Source of the DNA: an uncultured Candidatus Poseidoniales archaeon
GTDB taxonomy: Archaea; Thermoplasmatota; Poseidoniia; Poseidoniales; Thalassarchaeaceae
NCBI GenBank assembly: GCA_964576865.1
Contig: CAZNVK010000001.1
Coordinates: forward strand, 50,697-114,696
Direction: 5' to 3'
DNA: 64,000 nt
This document shows, piece by piece, positions 9,601-18,079 of this stretch; positions within the stretch are counted from its first letter, which is position 1; every line of letters begins with the position of its first letter. The position numbers and the translations under genes are program-made. Under the pieces are notes generated by a model, which searched no databases, had not been told where the DNA came from, and was given only the letters and a program-made list of their open reading frames with translations.

Positions 9601-12429
9601 CCGAACAATCCCGATTCGGACGGAGACTCACTACCCGATGGCTGGGAGGCCCGCTACCAGTGCACATGGGGCCGGAATAATCAGGGAATCAATCCGCTGA
9701 ATGGCTCGGACGCACTAAACAACCCCGACGGTGACGGATTTGACGTCAATCACGACGGCGTCCTCGACCTCAACGAAAGCCTCGTGAACTGGCTCGAATA
9801 CCACCTCAAGGACCAGATAATACACTCCGATACGACCGATACCGGACTGGAATTCCCCGAGAATTTCACGACCCTGCTTGCTCACGAGTCATGGGTCGGC
9901 TTCGCCGGCGCCTCCTTTGGATTGCATACGAGCCTGGCTTATCGTAGTCTGATCAATGGCTCGACCGCTGATGATGTCGGCGCCGCCAACCCACTGGAAG
10001 CCGACTCCGACCGCGATGGTATTCCTGATGGTTGGGAATTCTACCATGCGCGGTGGAGTCTGTACGATGAGGGTTGGACACTCAACCCCGTCGATGAGCG
10101 CGACCAAGTCGGCGATCCCGACGGGGATGGAATGAACAATTGGGAGGAATACAATGTCATAAGCGGCAATATGAGTGAGATCGACGATCTCACGACCGTG
10201 CCGCAATTCTACCTCTTGCAGGTCGGCGGCGAACTGCTCGCAACACCTTGGCTATCAGCCGAATCCACACTCTCATTCGGCACCTTCCTTGCCCCTGAGC
10301 AAATCGCCTTGCAGGGGTATACCGCCGACCCGAACGAGCCCGACACCGACGGTGACGGGCTGCTCGATGGAATCGAATTGATGTTCACCCGCTGGAATGC
10401 CAGCGACGAGGTCTGGACCCTCAATCCGCTGGTCCCCGGCGACGGCAATTACGACTCGGACCGCGACGGAATCACCGACCTCGTCGAACTCAATCTCACA
10501 AATAAGAACCCACAGAACGGCGGACTGTCACCGCCCGACGCTCCCCGTCTGTGGGAAGAAGCCGAATCGCTCGACCCGGACGAGGCGGTCAACCGCGTCT
10601 ATCGCATCCTCTTCAACAAGGAAGGACGCGCCGAAATCGCCCTCGAGCAATTCGATGCTTGGCAGCTCGGAGAGCCCGCCAAGCCACTCCTGCAAGCCCT
10701 GCTCGGAATCACCGACCCGAATGCCGAGGATACCGATAGGGACGGCATGAGTGACGGATACGAGTACTGGTTCACCGAATGGGACCTCGAAGCCAATCTG
10801 TGGACGATGAATCCGCTCACAGACACAGACATCCATGCCGATAGCGACGAGGACTCATTCGACTGCGACGGAGACGGCTACATCTCAGACTCGGAGTCCT
10901 ACGATAACCTGGCGGAATACGATGCACGAGTCTACGGCAAGCGCTCGGCCATCGACACCATTCCCAACGGCACCGGCCTAGTCTCGTACGGACTCGACAC
11001 GGTGACGGCATTCATGCAGGAACGCAGCATGTCCGAGCAAGCAGCTCAAGACCAACTCTGGGTGATGTTCTCGGGCAAGGATATCGTCTCCAGTGACCGG
11101 GCAGGCCTGATCAACACAATCGATCCGGACAACTTCAATTTCAGTCTCGCCGGAGTCTCAGACCCGACCCACGCAGACTCCGATTCAGACGGCCTGCCCG
11201 ACGGCTGGGAATTCTGCTACTCGATCTACGGCCAGTGGCTACCGGTCAACGAATACCGCTGGTCACTCAACCCTCTCAACCCACTGGACATCGAGTACGA
11301 CCCAGACGCCGACGGCTGGTACGACCGCACCATCTTTGACCAACCCGCGACCCAAGGCGCTTGGGAGAATCGCGAATTCACCTCAGGACCAGCCGCCGAC
11401 CAGATTTTTCCGGCACCAACAGCCCTCTACTTCACCAATTTGATGGAGTACAATAACGGCACTCACCCACTAGACGGAGATAGCGACGACGACTCTCAGA
11501 TAATGGAGGTCAGCAGAAGCGGCGGAAACGTCGTCAGCTACGACCAGAATATGAATCTCTCAGACGGTCGTGAAGTGTTCAAGTACGGAACGAATCCGCT
11601 TGACAACGACACAGACGGCGACATGATGCCCGACTTCTACGAGTATTACAGAGGTTGGAATGAGACCAATGACAATTGGTCATCCTACCTACAGATCTCA
11701 GTCGTCTGGTACCAAGTGACGCCGAGCGTCCTCAAGCCGGTCACCGTCAACGGTGGCACCATCGGACGCCCACTACTCGAATGGACTTGGTTCACCCATG
11801 ATGCGACCGACCCCAGTGATGCAGGGCAGGATGCGGACAATGACGGAGGGTGGGACTGCACGGGAGGCAATTGCGTCTACATACCCTACAATAACTTCCA
11901 GGAATACTACGGCGTGGTCAATGCGACCCTTGCTTCCCCCTCTCTGGTCAGACAGGCCAATCTCTACGATTGCTCGGGTAATATCGTGCAGGAATGGTGG
12001 CAATTGCGCGAGTCGCTGCTCGGCACATGTGGCGGGATCGCAGCGCTCGAGACCAATTACTTCCGAATGTACAAGGTGAATAACAACGATATGCTCTACG
12101 CTTACATCGTTGACGACCACGATACCGATTACCAATTGCTCGATGAGACGGATGACGAAGTGCTGGTCAACGGTGCTTGGGCGGATATGTACCAGCGATT
12201 CGCTGGAGACCGCTACCACTACCCGAATACCGGCTTAGGCGAGTATGTCTGGGGATGGTGGATGATCGATATCGATGGTGATCAGATCGCAGACGGTACC
12301 GATCCGACGAATTGGGATACCGACGGCGATTGGCTGAACGATCACTTCGAGATTGAAGATGATATGCTCGACGGCGTGCGTGGTAACTCTGGTTCGCCGA
12401 TTCGCTATGATGATCGCACGACCGAATGA
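6658..12429 (+). CDS. Giant secreted acidic protein with many thrombospondin type 3-like calcium-binding repeats (1923 aa)
   Basis: N-terminal signal-peptide-like hydrophobic segment (FFVTLLILSSLVFVSQT). More than 15 copies of Dx(D/N)xDGxxDGWE-type motifs (DSDGDGMPDGWE, DTDGDGLTDGEEY, DSDSDGLPDGWEF). Extremely D/E-rich. One uninterrupted 5.8 kb ORF. Confidence 0.8.
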   Translation: MSRRGHIMRRKQTAFFVTLLILSSLVFVSQTRPQAPVSSIDPPDVPGQGPMAVDQDEDLIPDIHEVIFGETRHIETPFGIIAVNGLDPMNGSDNITDFDRDGASALMEYCWPWTLDTCFTERLSLTGKAPDETESGFREYLDPRESDTDGDGLPDGFEIYMCTEGGAGYQNQATSEWTCLYFDPLDSSDQFEDADLCVEQASQWGCGDGFDVDRDGEIDLGERYTNTEEYWFGAPEGWLTERDGLWCAGKIANLHADACQTEVERPTGDDGWLGSDPRRIDSDHYTWSELIPTSLAVPGDGIPDGWEAYHGLDPRNASDAVLDSDSDGWDIDRDGFIIPDSSIATARWGEAFSNYEEYLVHLDSGNWVRPGLRASMLAMNNGYSGTAGEVMLFDQGTDPQLVDGRVHTVISDQGRDRLIIGSAYGITTIDPFEGTSTTFELPSGMEMFTMMRWTPSSDDYLIIGTNHGLHALEMENGLPQMDTLTESNLGMVKVLERLQTGSGDLDLIVLGHGANVWTVTLSEPASGRGTPDFTEPIAIEPLSDLVAEADASLTEVIHVPMAGRGPMMIIGTDRGMIRWDTTDGTPSIGQPFWIYTTETAEDYVQFADLLNSSKSAVVNVMELAGPIATDGSLEEVTGVWLGTPGGLHLIDLDLFVGLPEQAFATDRMFNVERWEEGANDIRSILALENTVLLGSRDGTWALEGGSHGILGIVDNQTRMPGLATSLTTFVNDGEKYLFAGVSPGQYMNIMPIDPQSSDSDLDGMPDGWEFAYGLDPTDPFDRVRDADADGVHFDIGGVGFSREWSNLDEYRFVNTSVGGFNGTDPRNTDTDGDGLTDGEEYWGWFADSTEFACHYLNEEYICDEEDGEAALDVHLSGWLNSGAGGGTDGPTDPTSADSDGDGMPDGWEIEHRRWIGDVYTGGNLWTLDPRDPSDATMDADGDGLDNLCEYMWGNLLETALVEGLPTHGENASAAQNWTKTDPNNPDSDGDSLPDGWEARYQCTWGRNNQGINPLNGSDALNNPDGDGFDVNHDGVLDLNESLVNWLEYHLKDQIIHSDTTDTGLEFPENFTTLLAHESWVGFAGASFGLHTSLAYRSLINGSTADDVGAANPLEADSDRDGIPDGWEFYHARWSLYDEGWTLNPVDERDQVGDPDGDGMNNWEEYNVISGNMSEIDDLTTVPQFYLLQVGGELLATPWLSAESTLSFGTFLAPEQIALQGYTADPNEPDTDGDGLLDGIELMFTRWNASDEVWTLNPLVPGDGNYDSDRDGITDLVELNLTNKNPQNGGLSPPDAPRLWEEAESLDPDEAVNRVYRILFNKEGRAEIALEQFDAWQLGEPAKPLLQALLGITDPNAEDTDRDGMSDGYEYWFTEWDLEANLWTMNPLTDTDIHADSDEDSFDCDGDGYISDSESYDNLAEYDARVYGKRSAIDTIPNGTGLVSYGLDTVTAFMQERSMSEQAAQDQLWVMFSGKDIVSSDRAGLINTIDPDNFNFSLAGVSDPTHADSDSDGLPDGWEFCYSIYGQWLPVNEYRWSLNPLNPLDIEYDPDADGWYDRTIFDQPATQGAWENREFTSGPAADQIFPAPTALYFTNLMEYNNGTHPLDGDSDDDSQIMEVSRSGGNVVSYDQNMNLSDGREVFKYGTNPLDNDTDGDMMPDFYEYYRGWNETNDNWSSYLQISVVWYQVTPSVLKPVTVNGGTIGRPLLEWTWFTHDATDPSDAGQDADNDGGWDCTGGNCVYIPYNNFQEYYGVVNATLASPSLVRQANLYDCSGNIVQEWWQLRESLLGTCGGIAALETNYFRMYKVNNNDMLYAYIVDDHDTDYQLLDETDDEVLVNGAWADMYQRFAGDRYHYPNTGLGEYVWGWWMIDIDGDQIADGTDPTNWDTDGDWLNDHFEIEDDMLDGVRGNSGSPIRYDDRTTE

Positions 12430-12491
12430 GCGGCGAGGCAGCAACCATCCGCTCGCGGTCAATTCTTGAGTGAGAGGTACGAGGGCTGCTC

Positions 12492-12962
12492 ATGGATGAG
12501 GATGCCAAGATACCTCGACCGGACGAGCCGGTCGAGGAGCGCCTGCTCTTTCTGCAGGAGAATATGGTGAATTTCGTCAAGCAGTACAACTTGCCTGTGG
12601 TCGAGGTGGCGCTGGTCGTCTCGAAATACATCCGAGTGCTGCTGGAATCGCTTGAGAAGGCGGCTGCAGCGAGTGGAGAGAGGGTGCCTGAGACCATCGC
12701 GCAGCCGTGGCCAGTCGAGGTTGAAGGAGCGGTTCCGGCCATCGATTCATTTCCGCTCGACAAATTGCTCGGAACCCTCGATGAGGACCGCATGGATATC
12801 CTTGACACGATGATTCGCGTCATCATCAACGGGGCTGAGATTCCGTTTTCATCCGCGCTGACCTTGCTGCGTGATTGGGAGATGCGAATCCGTACGCAGA
12901 TGGCGGAGGCAACAAGTCCCGGTCACCTGTTCAGCCCGATTGATTTGCCCGATGGTTTCTAG
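12492..12962 (+). CDS. Hypothetical acidic protein (156 aa)
   Basis: ORF only; no recognisable motif; lies in a codon-consistent intergenic slot. Confidence 0.35.
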   Translation: MDEDAKIPRPDEPVEERLLFLQENMVNFVKQYNLPVVEVALVVSKYIRVLLESLEKAAAASGERVPETIAQPWPVEVEGAVPAIDSFPLDKLLGTLDEDRMDILDTMIRVIINGAEIPFSSALTLLRDWEMRIRTQMAEATSPGHLFSPIDLPDGF

Positions 12963-13053
12963 GCTTGCGATTTCGCCTCACGCAGAGCACGCTGAGCACG
13001 CAGTTGGTTTTGGGGTTGGAGTGCCTAAGCCCCAATTCTGCAGCGCCCACCAA

Positions 13054-13869
13054 TCACTGGATGCAGTGAGGGCAGGATTCGGCGATGACATAGTGCTCGC
13101 TATCCATATCTTCCTCGGTCAGCGGCTCTCGGCAAGCCCAGCAGACCTCAGTCGTAGTTTCCTCCAAGGCTGGGTCGAGGGAGACTCGGCGGTCGAAGAC
13201 AAAGCAATCACCATTCCAATGCTCACCGCCGACCTCCTCGAAGTAACCCAAAATGCCGCCTTTGAGCTGGCGAACATCACTCCATCCTTGGTTCATCATA
13301 ACCGCGCTGGCCTTCTCGCAACGGATGCCGCCGGTACAGAACATCACGATGGTCTGATCCTTCTCAATGCCAGATGTACTGACCGCCTCAGGAAAGCCTC
13401 GGAAGCTCGAGAGATTGAGGTCGATAGCACCCTCAAACGTGCCCAATTTAACCTCGTAATCATTGCGAGTATCGAGGACAGCGATATCTCGACCCTCGTC
13501 CAACCAGCGCTTGAACTCGGCCGGCGAGATATTCTCGCCGGTGCGCTCGGCAGGTCTAACCTCTTCCAAGCCGAGCGAGATAATCTCATTCTTCAATCGA
13601 ACATTCATCCTCCTGAACGACATTCCCTCGCTGTACGAAACTTTCAGAGGGATGTCGACGAAACGAGAATCCTTCTCGAGGAATTCAACAAATTGGTCGA
13701 TGCCGGCCTGAGCCCCCGAGAGGAAGAAATTGATTCCCTCGTGGCTCAGCAAGACTGTTCCAAGCAGCCCGGCATCGTCGCACGCAGCCTTGAATGGAGC
13801 GCGCAGCGCGTCGCGGTCAGGCAGATCGACGAAGCGATATCCAGCGATATTGACGATGTCACCAGCCAC
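13054..13869 (-). CDS. trhO: Rhodanese-domain tRNA uridine(34) hydroxylase (TrhO/YceA, UPF0176 family)
   Basis: Full-length similarity pattern to the YceA family. Rhodanese active-site loop FCTGGIRCEKAS. C-terminal CxxC...CxxC (CWACRE...CPHC). Confidence 0.75.
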   Translation of the reverse strand: MAGDIVNIAGYRFVDLPDRDALRAPFKAACDDAGLLGTVLLSHEGINFFLSGAQAGIDQFVEFLEKDSRFVDIPLKVSYSEGMSFRRMNVRLKNEIISLGLEEVRPAERTGENISPAEFKRWLDEGRDIAVLDTRNDYEVKLGTFEGAIDLNLSSFRGFPEAVSTSGIEKDQTIVMFCTGGIRCEKASAVMMNQGWSDVRQLKGGILGYFEEVGGEHWNGDCFVFDRRVSLDPALEETTTEVCWACREPLTEEDMDSEHYVIAESCPHCIQ

Positions 13870-13878
13870 GCGCTCACC

Positions 13879-14208
13879 CTATCCGGATTGGGCGCGCGCG
13901 ACTATCCCGCTTGAAACCCACCATGCATCGCCGATGGACCAGAGGTAGAGCAGAGGCCACAGAATCACCGTCAGAATCAGTGGGAATTGCACAGCAAACC
14001 AGCCCGCAGCCTTGCGATGTTGGCGGTTGAAGTGCTGACCGATGAAAAGGAAGGGAACGAGGGCTAGGGCGATGGAGATGAGCGGGCGAAGGGCACCCCA
14101 TGGACCGATGCCGCCGCTGATCTCGTACCAGATGACTCGCACGACACCCAAGGGGCCTGCTCCATCCGCGTCCTCCTCGACGGGCTGCACCACGAACTCG
14201 GTGCTCAT
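13879..14208 (-). CDS. Small membrane protein (about 109 aa, two predicted TM helices)
   Basis: Hydrophobic segments LISIALALVPFLFIG and FAVQFPLILTVILWPLLYLW. Lies 10 nt upstream of trhO on the same strand. Start placed at the internal Met so it does not overlap the pcp start. Confidence 0.35.
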   Translation of the reverse strand: MSTEFVVQPVEEDADGAGPLGVVRVIWYEISGGIGPWGALRPLISIALALVPFLFIGQHFNRQHRKAAGWFAVQFPLILTVILWPLLYLWSIGDAWWVSSGIVARAQSG

Positions 14209-14276
14209 GACCGGTTCGTCGCGTCGCTGGTGAATGAATCTGACGACGCGGCGGGCCGCGCAAAGGCCAACTATCG

Positions 14277-15314
14277 ATGGCTGCTGAGCGGCCCGTGGCG
14301 AATGCAGCAGAAGGTGGATTGCCACGCGTTCTATTGACCGGGTTTCCGCCATTTGGTGGGCATTCGGTGAATGTCTCTAACGAGGTTGTGCGCGAGCTGC
14401 AGATTCGTGGTTTCGAGGGCTTGGATGTCACGACAATGCTGTTGAGCGTTGACGAGCGCGGCTCGCGGCGAATCGCTGAGATGATTCTTGATGGCGAGCG
14501 ATTCGATGCCATCTTGCATCTTGGTTTGGCGGAATCGCGAGAGGTGATTTCGCTCGAGCGATATGCGCATAATGAGAATGCGTTCAGGATTGCAGACAAT
14601 TCTGGGCGGGAGGTGTTCGGTCCGATTATTGATGGTGGGGATGAGAGGTTGGAGGCGACTGCGTCGAAGCATGTTCTGGATGAGGATTTCGAGCACGAGG
14701 ATGATGTCGTGTGGAGTGATTCGGCTGGTGCGTTCGTTTGCAATGAGACGATTTATCGCACGTTGAATGCGATTGCATCGACCGATGCTCGAGCCAGCGA
14801 TGGTCGACCAATTCAGGCGATTTTCATTCACTTGCCCTCCGAATCGCACATTGGGCTTGAGCGTCAAATCGAGGTTGTTGGGCGAGCCGCGAGGGCTCTG
14901 GCTAGCAAGCCGCGGCTCGAAGTCGTCGGCGCGCTCCTCTTCGATGAACTCGGTCGAATTCTCGCCTGCCGACGACCACCGGAAGATGTCTGGGGTGGTT
15001 GGTGGGAATTCCCAGGAGGCAAGGTCGATTCAGGTGAGCAGCCTGCGGATGCCCTGGCGCGCGAGATCATGGAGGAACTCGGTGTCGAGGTCACGCCCAG
15101 CTGGGTCGTGGCTTCACTATCCCACGAATACCAAGATCGTCACGTCGCTCTCGATATCTGGGATTGCGGCGTTGTCGAGCCCAGCAATATCGTGCCTACC
15201 GAACACGATGAGATTCGCTGGCTGGACCGTCAATCACTCGGCTCGGTCAAATGGTTACCTGCCGATGAACCATTGATTCAGGATTGGATTAAGAACGGAA
15301 TCCCTCAATCCTGA
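14277..15314 (+). CDS. pcp: Pyrrolidone-carboxylate peptidase (Pcp, peptidase C15) fused to a C-terminal Nudix (MutT-like) hydrolase domain
   Basis: N-terminal RVLLTGFPPFGG. Catalytic Cys context SAGAFVCNETIY and His context IFIHLPSE match the Pcp family. The C-terminal 130 aa carry a Nudix box GGWWEFPGGKVDSGEQPADALAREIMEELGVEV. Single continuous ORF. Confidence 0.75.
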   Translation: MAAERPVANAAEGGLPRVLLTGFPPFGGHSVNVSNEVVRELQIRGFEGLDVTTMLLSVDERGSRRIAEMILDGERFDAILHLGLAESREVISLERYAHNENAFRIADNSGREVFGPIIDGGDERLEATASKHVLDEDFEHEDDVVWSDSAGAFVCNETIYRTLNAIASTDARASDGRPIQAIFIHLPSESHIGLERQIEVVGRAARALASKPRLEVVGALLFDELGRILACRRPPEDVWGGWWEFPGGKVDSGEQPADALAREIMEELGVEVTPSWVVASLSHEYQDRHVALDIWDCGVVEPSNIVPTEHDEIRWLDRQSLGSVKWLPADEPLIQDWIKNGIPQS

Positions 15315-15317
15315 GCC

Positions 15318-15881
15318 TCAATCTTCCTCGTAGCCCATCGTTCGCCGACCCTTATTGTCGAACCATTCGGTCGGCGTCCCATCGTCATCCATCGACAAAT
15401 CATCACCAGCCGTCCGCGGAATCGAGTGGCGTCCCTCGTGCCAAGTCCGCTGCTCCAACCACAGACCGAGTTCAACCCCAGTCAGTGCCACATCCATGAC
15501 CCCACCAAATGGACGTTCATCGACAACGAAGGCGACCTTACCCACGAAGGCAGCCTGTCGGGATAGCGAGAAGGTGGTGGTGTCCCCCTCGAGGTCCATG
15601 GTCATCGCATCAAGCGCTGTATCGAGAATGCGATGTTTCGCCGCCTGCTCCAACACCAAGTCCAGCGAGGCGGCACGTCCACTCAATCGAACCGGCCCAT
15701 CCTCGATTGGGAACTCTCTATCGACCCGCTCAACTTCACACTCCCAATCAGGAAACACCGCCCTAACGGCTGCCGCAACCCTTGTCGCATCCTCGTGCGG
15801 CAGCACCGTCGTAGAGACTGTAATCTCGGGCTCCACACCCCTTCGAGCAGAGTGAGGGTCATGATTCCTATGGGTCATCAC
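15318..15881 (-). CDS. Conserved archaeal hypothetical protein (resembles the UPF0201/COG1931 putative RNA-binding family, from memory)
   Basis: Motif pattern PHEDATRV...AVFPD...KHRILDTA...SRQAAFVGKVAF recalls the UPF0201 family. The assignment is recall-based and not verified. Confidence 0.4.
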   Translation of the reverse strand: MMTHRNHDPHSARRGVEPEITVSTTVLPHEDATRVAAAVRAVFPDWECEVERVDREFPIEDGPVRLSGRAASLDLVLEQAAKHRILDTALDAMTMDLEGDTTTFSLSRQAAFVGKVAFVVDERPFGGVMDVALTGVELGLWLEQRTWHEGRHSIPRTAGDDLSMDDDGTPTEWFDNKGRRTMGYEED

Positions 15882-15897
15882 GCTCCCATCACCACGA

Positions 15898-16848
15898 ATG
15901 ATTCAAACGAGGGATTCAGGAGCCGCGAGCATGACTGAGCGCTCTCCGATGATAGGCGTGGCACTTCTGCTCGCGCCCACCCTCTGCGTCGGCGCCCTCC
16001 GCTTCGGCTTACCCAATATCGAGGTGCTCCTCAAACAAGACCTCGTAGCCCAAGTGATAATCCACGGATTAGCGATCCTGCTCGGCATAGTCATGTTCCT
16101 CCGGTACCGAGTGGTCGAGGACCACGAATACCACCGCTCGAGCGCCATCAAGAACCTCTCAAGCATGTATCGAATGGAGGACAAGGGCTTGTGGAACAAG
16201 GGCGACGCAGCCCTCGAGCGCCTTGAGGCACAAGCCCACAGTCAGCCAAAAGGCCGCGCGGGCCTGCGCTTCCAGCAAAGAATGCAAGGCAGCGTCTCAG
16301 GCCTCAACAAAGAAGGCTCGGAACTCGAACTCGACCGCGACGACGATCGCATGGAGGTAGACGTGCAAGTCGAAGGCATGGCAACCATCGTCGATGCCCA
16401 AGTCGCACACCAAGCAGAAAGCGGCAAACTCACCGGTGCACTTGGAGCCAGCGCAGAAGCATCAGCCCAGCGTAGACTCAACGCAGAACTCGCTCGCCGC
16501 GAGCGCGAAGCCGCCCGCAGCGAGCGCAAATCAGCCAAGGCAGCCGCCAGCGAAGCCAAAGCAGCAGCCAAGGCCGAGAAAGCAGCAGCAAAGGCGGCCG
16601 CGAAGGCAGCAAAAACAGAAGCCAAAGCAGCAGCCAAACAAGCAGCCCTCGAAGCCAAGGCGGCGAAGTCCGGCAAGAAAGGCAGAGCGGCCAAGGCGGC
16701 GGCGATGGCGTGGGAAGCGAGCGATGAGAACCAGTGGGCAAATCCAGTACCTTCCTCTCTTGCAAAATCAGTCATCTCCTGCCAAGAGTGCGGAGCCGTG
16801 AACAGTAGTGGAACCGCATACTGCAGCAGTTGCGGTGCATTCCTCTGA
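15898..16848 (+). CDS. Membrane protein with Lys/Ala-rich coiled-coil/low-complexity region and C-terminal zinc ribbon
   Basis: Two N-terminal hydrophobic helices. AAKAEKAAAKAAAKAAKTEAKAAAK low-complexity stretch. C-terminal CQECG...CSSCG. Confidence 0.5.
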   Translation: MIQTRDSGAASMTERSPMIGVALLLAPTLCVGALRFGLPNIEVLLKQDLVAQVIIHGLAILLGIVMFLRYRVVEDHEYHRSSAIKNLSSMYRMEDKGLWNKGDAALERLEAQAHSQPKGRAGLRFQQRMQGSVSGLNKEGSELELDRDDDRMEVDVQVEGMATIVDAQVAHQAESGKLTGALGASAEASAQRRLNAELARREREAARSERKSAKAAASEAKAAAKAEKAAAKAAAKAAKTEAKAAAKQAALEAKAAKSGKKGRAAKAAAMAWEASDENQWANPVPSSLAKSVISCQECGAVNSSGTAYCSSCGAFL

Positions 16849-16884
16849 GCGGTCCGTTGGGTTGAAAACAGGCGTGCGGGAGCC

Positions 16885-18048
16885 GTGGAGCGTGGTGGTC
16901 CAGTGAGCGAGAAGCGGGATTACTACGAGGTGCTCGGTGTCGACCGGAAGGCGAGCGATGTTGAGCTAAAGAAGGCCTTCCGTTCGATGGCCAGAAAGTA
17001 TCACCCAGACAAGAATCCGGATGATGCAGAGGCTGAGGCTCGATTCAAGGAGGTTCAGGAGGCCTATGCGATTCTCTCGAATCCGGAAGAGAGGCGCAAG
17101 TACGACATGTTCGGGCACGATCGTCCGGGCGGCTCACCCTGGGGTGCGGGTGGATTCCAGGGCGTCAACATCAGTTTCGATGATATCTTTGGGGGAGGTT
17201 TCGACTCGATATTTTCCTCTCTATTCGGGGGTGGCTCGCGCCAACGCTCTAGTCGAGGGGCCGACCTCTTGGTGAGGCATATCGTGACTTTCGAGGATGC
17301 CTTCACAGGGGTCGAGGATGAGTTGGAGATCGATGTGCTGAACCGCTGTTCGGGTTGTGATGGGAGCGGTTCGGCGACCGCGGACGGGGTGCGGGTCTGT
17401 CCCACTTGTGACGGGCGCGGTCGACTCACGAGGATTGAGCGGATTGGGCCATTCCACCAACAGGTTACTCAGGATTGCAGGGCATGTGGGGGGGATGGTC
17501 GAATCATCCAGAATCCATGCAAGGCCTGCCGCGGCGAGGGTCGGGCTGAACAATCGAAGAAGGTTCGATTCTCGGTGCCGCCGGGAATCGAGAGCGGGAC
17601 TCGCTTGCGGCTGAGTGGGCATGGAGAGGCTCCCCGTTCAGCGAATGGCCGGCCTGGAAATCTGTACATCGAGGTGGAGGTGCAATCGCACGAATGGTTC
17701 GAGCGCGATGGTCCGGATCTCTTGATGGCGCTACCGGTGTCCTATGTCGACCTCGTGCTCGGTTCAACCGTCGAGATACCTCATATCGATAGGGAGAATC
17801 TCAAGGTGAAAATCAAGGCTGGATCGAAGCCTGGTGAGACGATCACGATTCTCGACCGCGGATTGCCGATTACTCGCGGTGGGCGCGGGCGAGGTGCTGT
17901 GATGGTGCTGCTCAAACTGGCGATGCCTGGCAAGGTCTCGCGCGCGACAAAGAAGCAGTTGGAGCAGATGCGCGAGGACTTGGGAAGCGGGCACTCAGAC
18001 GTTGTGGATGATATCTTAGACGAGGCCCGCGATAGGCGCCGCAATTGA
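16885..18048 (+). CDS. dnaJ: Chaperone DnaJ (Hsp40), type I with CR zinc-finger domain
   Basis: J-domain DYYEVLGV...KAFRSMARKYHPDKN (HPD motif). Four CxxCxGxG repeats (CSGCDGSG, CPTCDGRG, CRACGGDG, CKACRGEG). Gly-rich linker. Confidence 0.9.
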   Translation: MERGGPVSEKRDYYEVLGVDRKASDVELKKAFRSMARKYHPDKNPDDAEAEARFKEVQEAYAILSNPEERRKYDMFGHDRPGGSPWGAGGFQGVNISFDDIFGGGFDSIFSSLFGGGSRQRSSRGADLLVRHIVTFEDAFTGVEDELEIDVLNRCSGCDGSGSATADGVRVCPTCDGRGRLTRIERIGPFHQQVTQDCRACGGDGRIIQNPCKACRGEGRAEQSKKVRFSVPPGIESGTRLRLSGHGEAPRSANGRPGNLYIEVEVQSHEWFERDGPDLLMALPVSYVDLVLGSTVEIPHIDRENLKVKIKAGSKPGETITILDRGLPITRGGRGRGAVMVLLKLAMPGKVSRATKKQLEQMREDLGSGHSDVVDDILDEARDRRRN

Positions 18049-18079
18049 GGCTCAAGCCCATTCGAGGCCAGAGTTCATT

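Noticed and set aside
6984-12219. Dozens of 60-150-aa ORFs on both strands inside the giant TSP3 gene (e.g. 7060-7437, 9224-9667, 10528-10836, 11773-12219)
   Set aside because: Arg/Pro/Ala-rich translations typical of off-frame GC-rich DNA. They are fully contained in a 5.8-kb gene with clear repeat-motif support.
12871-13914. 347-aa ORF on plus strand
   Set aside because: Antisense to the well-supported trhO gene; no motifs; artefact of high GC.
13874-14867. 289-aa and 178-aa minus-strand ORFs
   Set aside because: Antisense to the pcp-Nudix gene; low-complexity Ser/Arg/Pro translations.
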